This document shows, in pieces, positions 1 to 13,800 of a stretch of DNA of 64,000 nucleotides. The notes beneath the pieces are model-generated. The model did no database searches and had not been told where the DNA came from. It was given only the letters and a program-made list of their open reading frames with translations. Source of the DNA: Hydrolagus colliei. Lineage: Eukaryota. The stretch covers positions 9,672,001 to 9,736,000 of the forward strand of contig CM068755.1 of NCBI GenBank assembly GCA_035084275.1. The letters run 5' to 3'. Both the position numbers and the translations under genes were made by a program. Position 1 is the first letter of the stretch; every line of letters begins with the position of its first letter.

Positions 1-7
1 GCTGGGC

Positions 8-25
8 ATATATACACACACACAC

Positions 26-64
<39 letters not shown>
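8..64. repeat. (TA)n/(CA)n microsatellite
   Basis: Directly visible. Confidence 0.9.
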
Positions 65-65
<1 letters not shown>

Positions 66-1400
66 GTTTGTATGATCAGAGTGGTTAGCATGACCAAGTG
101 TTTCAGTTTTACATATTACAGATTTTGCACAATAGAATTTTGCACTTTTATATCAGCTCGCTTCTGACAATTGGAAGCAACAACAAAATAAGCGCAGCAC
201 AAAAGAAGCAGTAGGTAGAAATGAAAAGGTATAAAGTTGGTGAAGGTCAGAGGCAGCTTTCACCCCAAAGGCAAACAAACGTGGATCAGCAGATGGCTCT
301 GTGATTATTATATCCGACCTGTCTTGTGCCGAAGTGCATGCTGACCATTGCTTTACTAAGTGAACAGCTGTTTCTTTTGCCTCAGTGCAAAGGCATTATT
401 CTTCTGCCCCTTCTCGGTAGATAATATAAATCTTTTCTTTGACCCTGCCCCTTACTTTTTCCACCTGTATCTTTTTCTGCCTTGGGCAGTAACTTTTCTA
501 TTGCAGTATCTCCTGGAATTCCAACTGCAGTGCCGGAACTAAATATAAATTCTTAAAGCGGTGGGCTGTGCTTTTTTGGCCTGTTGAAGCAGCAAAATGG
601 ACAAGCAGTAGGGAGCTGTCTGCGCTCATGGGTTGGGTCTCTGTGTACAAGCTGACATTCCAATCTGCCTGGCAGATACACGATGGCCAAAATGTTTGAC
701 TTGGTGCAGCAAAGTTAATGTCATGTCATAAGCATGCTGTCATCTCACGAATTGGGGTAAATATGGGTTTTGACCACCAACGGCGCACACACAAATTTTG
801 CTTCCACCATAGCAGCAGGAAAAGCGACATGAAGTGGTGTGTTTGAGTGTATCTGGTTGATGGAGAGGGGGCTGGTAAGTTAGACTAGTTAGAAGAGGAC
901 CTGATTTTATTCACCTGAAGCTAAGACCAAAAGATGTGTACAACTGACCCATAGTATTTAAGAGTGCTTTGTGAGGCCATGTAGTTGATAATCGAGTACA
1001 TATTGAGCAAACATTTTACTTTGTAGAAAACCACAAACTGTCTTGGCAATTACAATCACAGAGAGAGAAATCATTGCAGTGTCTCCTTTAACTACAAAAA
1101 GCATTTTGGGGGAAATATATATTTCTTTGTAATTTCATAGGTGGGTGGGGGGTGCAGGATTATTTCAATAAAATACCATAATTGTGTGTTTTTCTCCGGT
1201 ACCTATTTCACTGGGTTCCAGACTGAGACACATCTTTGTGAAGTGCTTTCATGTCAGTTTATCAAGGCGATGTTCAACTTCCCACTGATTCTATCCTCCT
1301 CTGAAAACAATCACAGAGACTGCTGAAGCTTCAAGGTAGTAAGGAGAGTCCTCCATAGCATTCAGATTGTTCAGTATTAGGAGGTGTTACAATGTAACCC

Positions 1401-1597
1401 TTTCCTCATTCAAGGCCGGTTTGAAGACTTTCCTCTTCGACCGTGCCCTTTGTTCCCCCCGAACTTTTTGACCTCCCCTACGTGTTTTACCCCTTCCCGA
1501 ACACTCCCCTCCCAGCTCGGGTCACACGCCTCCTGTGCAGCGCCTTGGGACGTCCTCCCGACGTGAAAGGCGCTTTATAAGTTTATAAGTTTATAAT
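1401..1597 (+). mobile_element. L2-clade LINE 3' fragment
   Basis: Carries the ORF2 C-terminal motif FKAGLKTFLFD and the conserved 3' end gcgccttgggacgtcctcccgacgtgaaaggcgctttataa with a short (ttataagt)n tail. Confidence 0.75.
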
Positions 1598-4500
1598 GTA
1601 CGTACATTGCTGAATCTATGGGCATCTCATCTCAATTGATTTTGGCATTACGATGCAATGCAAACAATGACATCAACTTCCAAACTATTTTACTTTAGTT
1701 GAGGATGTGACCTACTTGATTGGGAATTCCACAAGGATAATTTTTTGGGGAGTCTGTTTAATTTATTAAGGCTAGCCTGGGTTCAATCAGCATAACCTGA
1801 AGGAGCAGGCCAGTCATTGGGAACTGGGGTATTTCCCACTAGACTCCTGTTAACAGTGCTAGCCCAAACCCTAAAGGTTAGGGCGGTCTCAGCTGGACAA
1901 GCAGCAGGAAGTTTGCAATGGGCAAGCTGCACAATTTTATATGGTTAACTCCAGCACCCTCTGGGATTCACAGGTCTTGGCTCTTGCCAACCCATGCCTA
2001 ATATTTTTCGGGATTAGGGAGAGTGTGTGTATTCCATTCCAGACAAATGCAAATTCTAAAATACAGAAATATACTGTATGTGCATGTATATATTTATATA
2101 TGGAGCTTTCAGTAGTTTGGTTTGGATATTTCTAAGCATGATGCTAGGCTTATGCATACATCAGGCACCCAGCTGACCAATGGAAAGATTAGTGATTGGT
2201 AGAATAAAATTTTGCACCAGTATCAATTATCGATATTGAAGATTTTAAAAAAAATGTTTTAGCCATAATGTTGATTTGTTTCAAGGTTAAATAGATGATC
2301 ATCTTTCTTGTTGATTATTTCAAGTACAAGCGTAACAATTTCTAAAAGTTTTATCCTTCTACAATGAAAGTTGGTGATTAAGTTTGAGGGTTCATTAATC
2401 AAAGAAAAGGAAAAAGGTTGCCCTGTGAATCAAGTTGTTGTCCTGTATAACTGAGCAGCTATAAATTGCACCAGCTCATTCATCACAGCATCCCAGTTGT
2501 ACCACTAAGAATCCCAGGATCATTGAAAGGCCCTTTTCACTGAAGATTCCTCTTTCTCATGGGCACTTATCACAGGTGCATGGAAATTAACAGGAGAACA
2601 AGGCAGCGTGAATATAACGCATATAACATGCATGACTTTACATAGAACAATCCACCTGATACCCAGGTGCACACTCTCATGCTGTGTTTATATTGCACTT
2701 TTACTGGCGAATTGCCAAACTCTCAGTATAAATGGGGGTTGAGGCAGCGGGAATTGGGTTGGAGCTGCGCTTCTGGCACGATGTAGAATAGGTGGTTTCA
2801 GGATCAGTGCAATTCACTCTGCAGTGCACACCCAGCGGGTGAGAATTGGACTGTGCTCACTCCACTGTGTTCTGCAGAATGCTCTTGGGACAGTTCAAAG
2901 GATGACCTGAGAACTTTCAAGTATATTTTAAATGTTATTTAAGAGACGATCACTCCGTTATTCTTGTGACATTAAAAAAAACTAACATCTCATTTCAATT
3001 TTCTAAAATTTAGCTTTTTTTTAACTGAAGCAGGAATATAGCGGAGGAGCACTTGGGTGAAAATATAATTGTTTGATGTTAACAGATTGAATTGAAAAAA
3101 AAACCTTATTCCACCATGTTATTAACAAGCAACGACAAGTGATATCAAATCCAACAATAACTTCGGATTGAGATAAAAATAAATAGTTAAAATCCTGAAA
3201 ATCTACAAAAAAATAATGAAATTAGTAGTTAAAAATATTAGGTTCATATTGTAGTTTTTTAAAATCTTATTTTGTGTTTTAGGAGGAATTGGGGGTCCTC
3301 CCAACATGAAAGGTGCAACACAAATGCAATTTGTTGTAGTAATTGGGCTGGCTGTGGAGTTGCACAATAATGTTTATATAATGATCGGCAATTAACAGCA
3401 ACAAATTTCCAGTGAACATTCCAGGGAGGCCTAGCCATCCAATTTCCCGCAAGATTCTTTCTCTATATCTATGTTTAAATCTAATGACCCTGAACCTTTT
3501 AGCCGACAGAAACTTACTTAACTTTTACTTTGTAGTTCCTTTGCCGTCGTCACTTGTGCTGGTAGTTTGTTCTATATGCCTATTGCCCTTTTACTAAAAA
3601 TATTCTGCTACAATTAATTAAATTAAATCCTGACTTCACGTGGCTCAGATGCAGAGGCAGATCAATGTACATGCTGCCCTGTAAATTTATGCGTACTATT
3701 TGACAATTTAATCAGGCATAACAGAAATGTAAGGCTATAAAAAGCACAAGTTCTTCATTGTAGAGACTGAAGGGTAGCATGCACATAGGGCATATACTGG
3801 TATAGGCCACTACATTGCCTCTGTCTACATTGTGCTTTATTGTTTTGCAGATGCACACAATCATAGTTCACAAGTTATGAACATTAGTAGGAATGTTTGA
3901 ATTATTCACCGCATTGTTCTCTTGCAGCCAAGTTCTTGTATAGCGGTAGACTTAAATCTAGTTCAACAATTCCAGATTACCCAGTACTGTTGGTGCCTTA
4001 ACAGATTCAATGGCAAATCAAATGTAGGTTTTTAGATATAGCTGCAGGATAATTTGCAAAGTTAATCTTTTTTTCCTTCATAGCTGGTGTGCCAAAATAT
4101 GGTACAAGATCCTCGTGAAAATAACATAGTCTCCTCACGTCCCAAAGGGGTTTTGGGATTAATCGTTGCATTTTGCAGATTCATATTCTCTGTGATTCCC
4201 ATATACAACGTTTGTGCTCATTGTAGTACAATTGATCATTGTCATCGGGCAGTTTGCCCAGCACAGAAATGGCTACTGTGCTCATGGTTCTATCTGGATA
4301 TTTTTTAAGGCTGCAAAATGTCTAATACTAGAATTCATTGAATCTTCGTACAGTGCAGGCAGCCAAGCCATAGACAAACAGCCTATGTCTACTTCTCTCA
4401 GCATGGCAAAAAATTATGGCTACTGCTTGATTGTATCAAGCCACGATTGACTGAAACTATAGTTTGAAAAGCCCAGTTTGATACTTTTCTTCAGCCACGT

Positions 4501-5196
4501 ACATCAGAATTTTCAAATATTCCGCAGTCCTGCTGTTTTGAGCTACTTCAGTTTGTAAAGTATTTTGCCCAAATTTACTCGATTGAACTTTTTCTTGGTG
4601 TATAACCTGTGTGATTGTACTTGTCTTGTGATTGTGTCAATGACTGAAATGAAATTCCTGAATTAAACCCAACAGGAAAGATTGCTGCTTCATGCATGTG
4701 GGCGGTGTGTGGTTGAGGCCTGAAACATTGAAGGGTAATTGGCATTGGTTGACTGGGAACCTGTTATATTCATTCCAGCAATGGAATGAATTCCTTGAAA
4801 AATTGATCTGCAAATTTGCAGAATCTGTCTGTGTGAGTGAAGTATTCTTTCATCTGGAGCACAGACCGAGGAGACTGGAGCAAAGAGCCCAAGGAAGCTC
4901 TCACATCAGAATCCCGGCTATATTAAGGCAGCGATAAAATGGAGGTAAACAACCTCCTTAATGCCCTTGGGGGAGGGATCAGTGTCAAGTACAGGGAGAC
5001 GCATTTTAGGATTACAGTTAAAGGGTTAGCTGCCTAAGGTAAACATAGGCACATTTTCAAACTATTTCACAACAATTATATATATGACTTTTAACCCCCT
5101 AGGGTCCTTAGAGGTCTATTAGAGGCCACTGTTTCAAGCTGCTTGTTTTTAACTTGTGCATTTATGTACTGAAATTGCAGGAATAGATATTGCTAC

Positions 5197-5261
5197 TACA
5201 ACAACAACAACAACTTCGATTTATATAGCGCCCTCCACGCCAGACAGCGTTTCAGAGCGCT
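5197..5261 (-). mobile_element. L2-type 3' tail remnant
   Basis: (AAC)n followed by tttatatagcgcc...agagcgct, the reverse complement of the L2 tail seen elsewhere in the window. Confidence 0.6.
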
Positions 5262-8200
5262 AATATTATTGCTGTAATATTAGACAACGGACCCTTAAAA
5301 TAACACAAAGCAATTCAAGTAAAAATGTACTGTACCCGCCTTGTTTCCTTTTTGCCCCATTCTACTTTCTCCTATTCATTGATCTATTATTTTTAACTTA
5401 ATTAATATTTGTCTCTATCTTTTCTGCCTTCTATCTTAAGTTTACGCATGCAGTATCCTATGCCCTGCAGGCTTTGGGAAACTAGACATCCATCTTGCAA
5501 AAAAGATTGACAAGTAGGAGACAGAGTGAGTTTTGTTTATTTTTACTCGGGGATCAACCAGATGGTTGTTCCTTCTGGTCCTATACAGAGTTGAAAGAAC
5601 AAAGTTTGTGCCCCGACTCATAATCTAATGGTGTAATTGAACAGGAAAGAAATACTTCCCTCGTGAGCTCCTACCTATTGGGTGTAACAATAAAAATGTA
5701 ACATTTGGTCCATTTTATCTGCCAGCTCCCTCAAGTGCAACCCTTTCAGTTCCATTTATTTGACCTTTACCATCGTCTTTCAGCTGACTATTGTTAAGGT
5801 ATTTGTCCAGTTCCCTATTGTAAGCCAATATGGGTTCTGCCCAAATCACTGCTCCTGCTATTCAATTTCCAAACTATACAGCGTGTGAAAAAAATCTAAT
5901 CTCCCCATTTGTTCACTTACTAACAGTCTTAAATTGATGCTCTCCAAGTGCCGACTAATCAACCATTGGAAATGTTGGTGGAAACCAGGGATGAGTTTTA
6001 GCCCACTTTCAGTAGGTGTCACTAAAGTTGTTATAGCAAACCACTCCAAACCTGTGTTCTAAGCTTTAAACTTTTTTTTAAACAAAAATAAGTACATGGA
6101 CAGAGAAAGTAATTGTGAGGAGGGTTCATCTGAATGTTTTGTGGAAGTGAAGCCAGGAAGTGTGATGCAAAGCTCCAGCAGCTGCATGTCATATATCTAC
6201 GCACAGGATGGCCGGAATTATTTTTTTCCCTTGCTGAAGAATGCGAGTGATTTAGTTTAAAAAGATATTCTTCCCCCAACCAGATGTTATTCCGATGTAC
6301 GCTGCTTCCATCCTCTTTATTTAAATGATTAATCAATTGTACGAGATGGCTTTTAAAATAGATTAAACTGAGGCTCTCCTATTTATGTCACGTCTTGATG
6401 AGTTGCAAGCCTCGGGCGCCTTGGTCAATGCCATGCTTGATCAGTGGATTTTTTTTAAAAAGCCAGAAGCAGGCAGATCATTATGTAAGATTTTGTGATG
6501 CATTTCTGGAGTAAAATTACTTTTACTTGAGCATTTTTGGGGCATTGTTAAGATGCATAATTTCAGACATTTCTTCTGTAATTGGTCCCCATGTGTGAGC
6601 TGTTCTCTCCCACTCCCCCACCGCCCCACCATCTCACTCACTCCGCCACTACTCTCTAGAAAAGAGTATAGGCTCAGGGGTTGGAAAATGATTTGCCCAC
6701 AACACTGCTGATGTTACTCACAATTGAACTGCAGGAAGTGTGACTGTAGCAGGATGACATGCATAAATGCCAGATTCTCTCTCCACTCCCCTCCCCAAAT
6801 TACTAGCCTGAACAGGAATTGTGAAATACTTTTCATTGCAGGCTGCAGGATTCTTGCAACCATGGGATTTGAACCTGTATCCCCCCGAAGCATGAAGATA
6901 TGCTCTCACTGCCCCATTACACTTCCTTTTAAAATTTGACACAGTAAAAGCCAAGCTAAATATCAAGTACAATTGCTGTTGAATTCCAGTAAAGTCTATT
7001 AACTCTTGAGTTTCATAGACATTATTATAAAAAAACAAAAAATGTATATGAAATATTGTTTCTCATGATCTAGATTTTCTATGAAGGAAACTGGAACAGT
7101 GCGTGGATAAAATGATGAAATATCTCACTGTGTTTCCATTTTCAATTAAGGACTAATAATCGCAATTATCCAGATTAAATAATGAATAGAATTTAACAAT
7201 CACATCCTGTTTTCATTTGCTCCCACAGATCTATTGTTCAGTTTACTTTTACTTTTTCTTGGCAATATTAAGTAAGCAGCATCTAAAATCTAATATTTGT
7301 AACTAGATCACTCCTAGTGCGAATTTTGCCTGCATTTGATGAACCCAGGTGTATGTCATTTCTACGGGTTGGGATGATGCATTTCTAGTTACCAGCGAGA
7401 GTTGTTATTTGCAACTCCTATTAAGAATACTCGCATTTTAGAACCTATAGTCTCGCTGTTCAAAAGCGAGACTATAGGTAAGCCTCTGTTCAAAACACAG
7501 AAGGGGTATAAAATCTACTGTGGCCTTCGAAAGGACGTCGCGCAGCTGTCAAGTAGGTATTATGAAACCGAGATCTGTAACCAACTGGCCACAAGGCTGG
7601 AGATCAGCCCTCAGGCCAAAGGAAAGCTCAGCCAAATCTGTAGACCATAAGCATGCACACACGCCATGAGCTCTCACCACATCGCTCTCTGTGGTATCTG
7701 GAGCCAGCCTGCAGAGCAGAGCAAGCCAAGTGCCTTCTGCCTTCGCCTGGAAGCCAAGATGATTTATACCTGGTGTTTGACCTACATGGGTTAGTATCTA
7801 TATTTGTGAAAGTGTGGATTTTATTGAGGGACTAGAAAGGTTAAAGAAAACACTGGCAATGCATTATAATGAAAAAGATAAAGCTGGTAATTTCAGCACA
7901 AGCGAATACCAATATATTCCATGTAATTCACAGGTGCTGCTGTTACTATAAAGTCCATCTGCTAAAATAAATGGAAGACAACAATGCATGCATGGAATTT
8001 ACTCAAAAGTTCTGCACATCACATGTATCTTTAAGTGACATTTGTGGACCCGCAGGTATTATTTCCTGTGTCTGGAAGTAACTGTCGCTTCTCACTGCAT
8101 TGCTCTGCAGTGTTCCTGTAGCATTTACATATCTTTTCATGCATGTGAATCAAGGAGCTATTAAATGCAGTTAATTCTAATTATTAGCATTTTTTGTTAG

Positions 8201-8774
8201 TAAAGTAATACTTTCTAAAAGCTTGTCTTACCAAAGGTACAGTCGGTGTCTGCTGGAGATTGGTGTACAGTGGCAGACTTATAACAATTTACATTTCTTG
8301 TGCAGCACTGAATTTTTACCTCAATTAACTTCAACTATTAGGGTTAATGATCATGCCAAGTAGGAGCACAAGCCAATCTGAATCAGTCCTCTTTCATTCA
8401 GTTTCCATAATGTAAAGGTGAATGCACAGTAATAATAGCTTTCTAATGTAAAGTCACAGAAGACTGGTTACATTAATACCAAATGAGATCTAAGCAGCCC
8501 AAATCATATTCAAAACATGTTATATCATTTTTTTTAAACAAAGAAAGGAAGCATGGATTCCTCAATACTATCCAGTTGTCCACAGTGTTGGTGATCGTGT
8601 CTAAGTGAATAGTTTGCAGTGAGTAACCATCAATGAATGGCCATCGCGGAGAATCATATGTTGATGGAGTAAAGGGATTAAAGTGCACTTGATGATCTAC
8701 TGGACCTTTCTCACTCTTTTCTGTCTGTCTATCTCTGTTTTGTTGTATAGTACTGTACATCAATACACCGTGGC

Positions 8775-9250
8775 TGCCTGCTTACTTACTGGACTTCCCA
8801 ACTCTTCCCTCCACAAGCTGTACATTATTCAGAATTCTGCAGCTCAAGTCCTCTCCCACACCAGACTCTGGGAACCTATCACCCCCATTCTGCCTGGCTT
8901 CACTAGCTCCCCACTCCTCAGAGCATCAAGTACAAAACCCTTGTTCTTACCTTAAAAGCCCTCCACATTCTTACTGCCACCCTACCTATCCTGCAATCCC
9001 TCTGTGTCACCCCTCTCTTGCCCCCTTCAAGTCCCATCTGAAACACTGTCTGTCCAGTGCCTTGGGACATTCTCCTGATGTGGAAGGTGCTATACAAATG
9101 TAATTGTTTTGTTGTTGAAGACCTATCTCTTTGACTGTGCCTTCAGCCCCCCAACTCCCAGCTCGGGTCCAAAACCCCTTATTGTCCAACGCTCTGGGAT
9201 GTTTTTCTGACGAGAGAGGCACTATACAAGTGCAATTTGTTGTTGTTGAT
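8775..9250 (+). mobile_element. Two tandem L2 LINE 3' fragments (about 8775-9117 and 9118-9250)
   Basis: LLTGLPNSSLHKLYIIQNSAAQVLSHTRLWEPITPIL matches the L2 ORF2 motif LLxGLP...LQxIQNSAAR..HITPIL. Two successive tails end in (GTT)n. Confidence 0.8.
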
Positions 9251-9420
9251 CTATTGCTGGTTACATTTGTTCTGGAGTAAACCTCCAGAGCTCTCCTACC
9301 AGTTTTCCTGAGGAGAGTAAATTATATGCTTGATACGATAATTGAGAATGAAATTCCATCAAGTCTTAGTCAATAAGATCATTTTACTTTAGATTTCAAG
9401 GTCGTGCAGAATTATGGAAA

Positions 9421-9790
9421 ATCAATCAATCAATCAATCAAAACTTACATTTATATAGCATCTTTCATGTCGAGAGGAGGTCGCAAGGCGCTGTACAGTT
9501 ACGTAGGAACAAGAGCAGGTGGGGAGGGGTCGGGGCAGGATGTAGAAGAGTAGGAAAACTGACTGTATATTTGTGGGCGAAACACAGCAACCAAATTGCG
9601 CACAGCAGTGTCCCACAAACAGTCATGGAAGTGGGATTAAGGTAAAAAGGGGGTAAAGATGGCAAGGGGAGGTGTTGGGGTAGGGGGAAGGAGAGCAGGA
9701 AAGCCGACCGTATACTTGTGGGCGAAACGCGGCAGCCAAATTCCACACAGCAGTGTCCCACAAACAGTCATGGAAGTGGGACTAGGGGAA
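9421..9790 (-). mobile_element. Composite element: L2-type tail with (ATTG)n plus a tandemly duplicated Deu-domain segment
   Basis: (TCAA)n + cttacatttatatagc; two copies of ttgtgggcgaaac...ccaaatt...cagcagtgtcccacaaacagtcatggaagtggga about 145 bp apart. Confidence 0.7.
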
Positions 9791-12700
9791 AAATGCTTTG
9801 AGTGCTGCTTGATTTTCTTTTTTTAAAGAAAGAACAGAATTACATAATGTACACTTTTACTCTTCATAAAACTACATTGATAGAGCAGTGTGGTTCAAAT
9901 GACAATGCTCAAATCCTGATTGTATGATTAATTGTTGCCTGTAATGCATTGGCTGGATAAAGAAAACTTTTAATTTCTGAATCTAAAGCAGTTTCTCCTG
10001 GTAAATCAGCTAGAAGTCTCACTTCTACATGATCTGTGTTTGTGACATATTAGCCATATTTCCATGCAATATCAACCTCATAACATTCAACCCCCATCAA
10101 ACATTTTATGGTTTTGTTGTACAATTTAAACAATATACTTTGTACAGCTTGATTCTTTGTACCACAATTGCAACAGAGCCCTACAAATATGGAGTTTAGG
10201 TTATTTCATTATTTTCTTTAAATTGACTCTTGATGTTAAATAATATTGTGTTTGAATGCTTTCCAGTTCTTGTATATGTACAAGATGTCGCAGCTGGGAC
10301 ATATTAAAACTGGATTCACAGCCTGAATCCAAGTTGCATTGCAATACATTAATAACAGCTCTCAAAGTAGAAAAGAGAATGTTGATTTACTGTTTCGCTT
10401 TGTGCTGTCCAGCGCTTGCATGCAACATTATTGGCCAAGAAACACAGATGGGATGGCACAATACTGTCAAGATGGGAAACATTATCAAAAACAGAAGCAT
10501 AATATAATCTTAAGAGCATGCTATGAATGAAGGGTGGGTACCCTTTTTAGCTTTTTAAACATAATAAGGTTTGGGGAAAAACAATACTTGTGCACAATCA
10601 TTGGAATACGACACAATTTCCGCTTGTTTGAAATAATGGAAGAAACTGTCATCCATCCCTCATTTTTTGCCACAAATCACATCCTGATACAGTATCTTGT
10701 TTATCTGTAAATTATTCTTCATTGATTAGGTAATGAAATAAACAGTATCTACCTGTGACATTGTGGATGCATCATAAGGCTCGTCAAAAGTTTGGATTGC
10801 CATCATAAATTGTGGCTGTGAAGTTCAATAGTTTTATCAAAATCATTTGAATCCTGAAATGTGCTGCTGTTTATATACACACACTGGTTACCTATGAGTT
10901 TTCAGAGCACAGAAAAACACTTTGCAATTGACAAAATGGTTATCGTAGTTGAGTTGACTGTTTCCTTACAGCCTACATTATATGGCTCATGCCACCGAGA
11001 TAATGTTCCATGTCACTCATGTCAAAATGATACTGACCTTTGTTTCACCAAATATAAAACGCCTCTGTGCTTTATACAGTGATGGCACATATTTAAACAC
11101 AACACTTTTGCCGAATTAAGGACGAGGGTAAATTGAGAGCCTACATACGTTAATGTTATACTTTTAGCCTCAGAGGAATGGCTCGGAGCTGTGCTCCTCA
11201 CTTTCCCAGTGCAGCACTTTGATTCTGCACAATCCAGGACTATCATTTCTGTGTGTCTATTGACAAATTACTGCTTCGCTTTTTATCTCTGTGTTTGAAG
11301 ACGGGATTGCGAGCAGATGCCAAACATTCTGTAAGTTGTTTTCCATCACATGGAGTGTTGCATAATAACAACTTGAGCTTGAGTAAGTTGTCTATTTCTT
11401 TGGAAGGTGTTCAGTTGTATATTTACTTTATATTTAAAGTGTTGCCTTTCTGGCAATTCCATTTCTTCAGATCAAATATTGATACTAATAACAGTTAGCT
11501 CAGCAGCAGTCGCATTGGATGGATTTAACAAACTCCTTTGTATTTATTGCAACTGACAAATTAGTGTCTTATCAGAGTTGGTGAGAACTGACCAGTGACT
11601 TCTCAATTGTAAAAGAGTTTTGATTTATTTATCGAAGGGAACAAATGCATTGAATTTATAGAGTTTAAATTCTGCCCAAATGATCCTAATGCAAAGGGAA
11701 TGATCATTTCCATAATATCCTGTTGAATTTATTAGCATATCTTGAAAATGTGAAGAGTATTCTAAATATAGAGCCCAAATCTTCTCAAACTGGTCCTGTC
11801 TCATTTTCAAGGAGTGTGTCAATCGTTCCATTATCAAACTATCCCATAGGGCTACTACTGTTGATACCACTAGACCCCTTTTGCAGCGAGTTAATAAATC
11901 ACATGCTGGCAGCTGCACAGTGCACACAGCTGTATTCTCAGGGTGGAGAACACCCCCATCCACTAAGATACTGTGATCAAAACTCTGTGGAATAGAGTAT
12001 AGTCTGAAAGAATTGTGTAAAAGATATTGTTCCCTTCGCTAGATCATTATATAAAAATTAACCTATCTGATCACTGGCTCTAACCAGCATAGTGAGATTA
12101 GGGTGACCTTGATAGAGGCAACAAAATGTTTCACCAAACCATTCCCCTCAGTGTCTTCCCTGTGCTGCAGAATTCTTTGATGCTGTCCAATCGCTCTATT
12201 GTAATGTCAGATACTTTTAGTGTCTCCTCTGTCACCGCATTTGTCCTTGTAAGTGGCACTTATTCTGATGTGATAGATGTGCTGTATTCTGTATGTTAAG
12301 CACCAAATTGTAAATGATTCAAGATTTTCACTGACTGCGCAATAACATATGTTGCAGCGTAAAATACATTTACAACATTGTTGTAGAGTTAAACAAAAGC
12401 AGTAAAAAAGGTCTGTTACAATTGGAAATTACACATCCGTTTATGGAGAGTTAATAAATCACCGGAAGTTGCAAATTCTTGGTGAAATGCAAGACAAAAA
12501 CTGTTATGTTGTTGTCTAAACTTCACTTTGGGAATGTCGTAATAAGATCAAGCAGGATTTTAAAAATAATAAGAGGTTTCATTTCCAGAATGTGAACATT
12601 TTGATGTAATAGCAAATGCCTATTTTACCCCCCTCCAATTCCTGGAACAATGTCAGATTAAATTGGCATTAATTTCTTTAATTCCGATAAATAAGGGGAA

Positions 12701-13404
12701 TATGTCAAACAGAAATTTTATTTGTATTGTTTTCAGGGTGGTTTTCTGAAAACTGGAACAATCTTCTTGCAATTTGTCTCCTTCCTCATTACTCTTGCAG
12801 TGTTATAGAGTCTGATGGGATTCTTGTAGGTAAATTAAAATTTAACTGTTTGATTGTTTTACTTAATTAATAAATCCAATCTGCTGACCTGTAATTCTAT
12901 ATTTTTATACCGCAAGTTCTCTTCCCTCTTTGGGGATTTATTTACCAGTGTATCTATAGTATTTTATATTTAGCATTACTTTGTTACAATTTTTTTAATT
13001 AAGGGAAATATTGGGCCATTTAAAACAAGCCCTCACAAACTCTGAGATTAGTGTCCATTTTAAAATTCCTCATAAAATTATCCTGCACAATGTTTTTCCA
13101 GGCAGCCAAAGCATCCAATATGAAATGTAGATTTCAGTATTATTACGCTTTAAATTTCATTTTTATACTTTGTATCTGTGTTTTTTTAGGTTATATTATT
13201 ATACTTTATCAGATTATTATATTTTATGTTACATTATGTACTTTATATAACAATAGGAGATTCCCATTAAACATATGCTCATAATACTGCCCCATACAAG
13301 ACCTTTCTGATGGGTGTATAAATCATGTCTCTATGTCAATCGGTTATTGCATTATTGGCTTACACACAGACAGACATGCAGACATTTCGTCTTTATTAGT
13401 ATAG

Positions 13405-13800
13405 ATAATCCTTGCAGTCACATCGCACCTTATCATGTTGCCGCACTGTCTCGAAGCAGGATTTTAGAGGATGTAACTACGAAGTAAGTCACGCTATATT
13501 AGGCAAATGTTGCAGCTGATTTCCTCATTGCAAAGTCCCACAAGCAGCCATTAAGTGGTTACTAATTTTAGTTGATGGATTTTTGACCAGCACATTGGGA
13601 TGACAGCCCTTATCTCTTCAAATTGTGCCATGGGATCTTTAATGTGCATAAACAAGCAGATGGACCTTGGTTTAACATCTCACCTGAAGGATGACTCTCC
13701 CAACTCTGCATTGGAGTGTGAGCCCAGAGTGTGAGACTGAAATTGGGACTTGAACTTACAATTTTCTGTCTCAAAGGCAAGAATGCTGCTGACTGAGTCA
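13405..13800 (-). mobile_element. Old DeuSINE (SacSINE1/AmnSINE1-like), near full length
   Basis: gtgccatgggatctttaatg...ccttggtttaacatctcacctgaaggatg...gggacttgaac...aggcaagaatgctgctgactgagtca is the reverse complement of a tRNA-like head plus Deu domain. Confidence 0.75.

Noticed and set aside
6800-6925. Possible minus-strand tRNA-like SINE head (ggttcaaatccc B box)
   Set aside because: No clear A box or SINE body.
1-10000. 3' exons of VPS13C, the expected upstream neighbour by human synteny
   Set aside because: No peptide resembling the remembered VPS13C C-terminus was found; short exons could be missed without a search.
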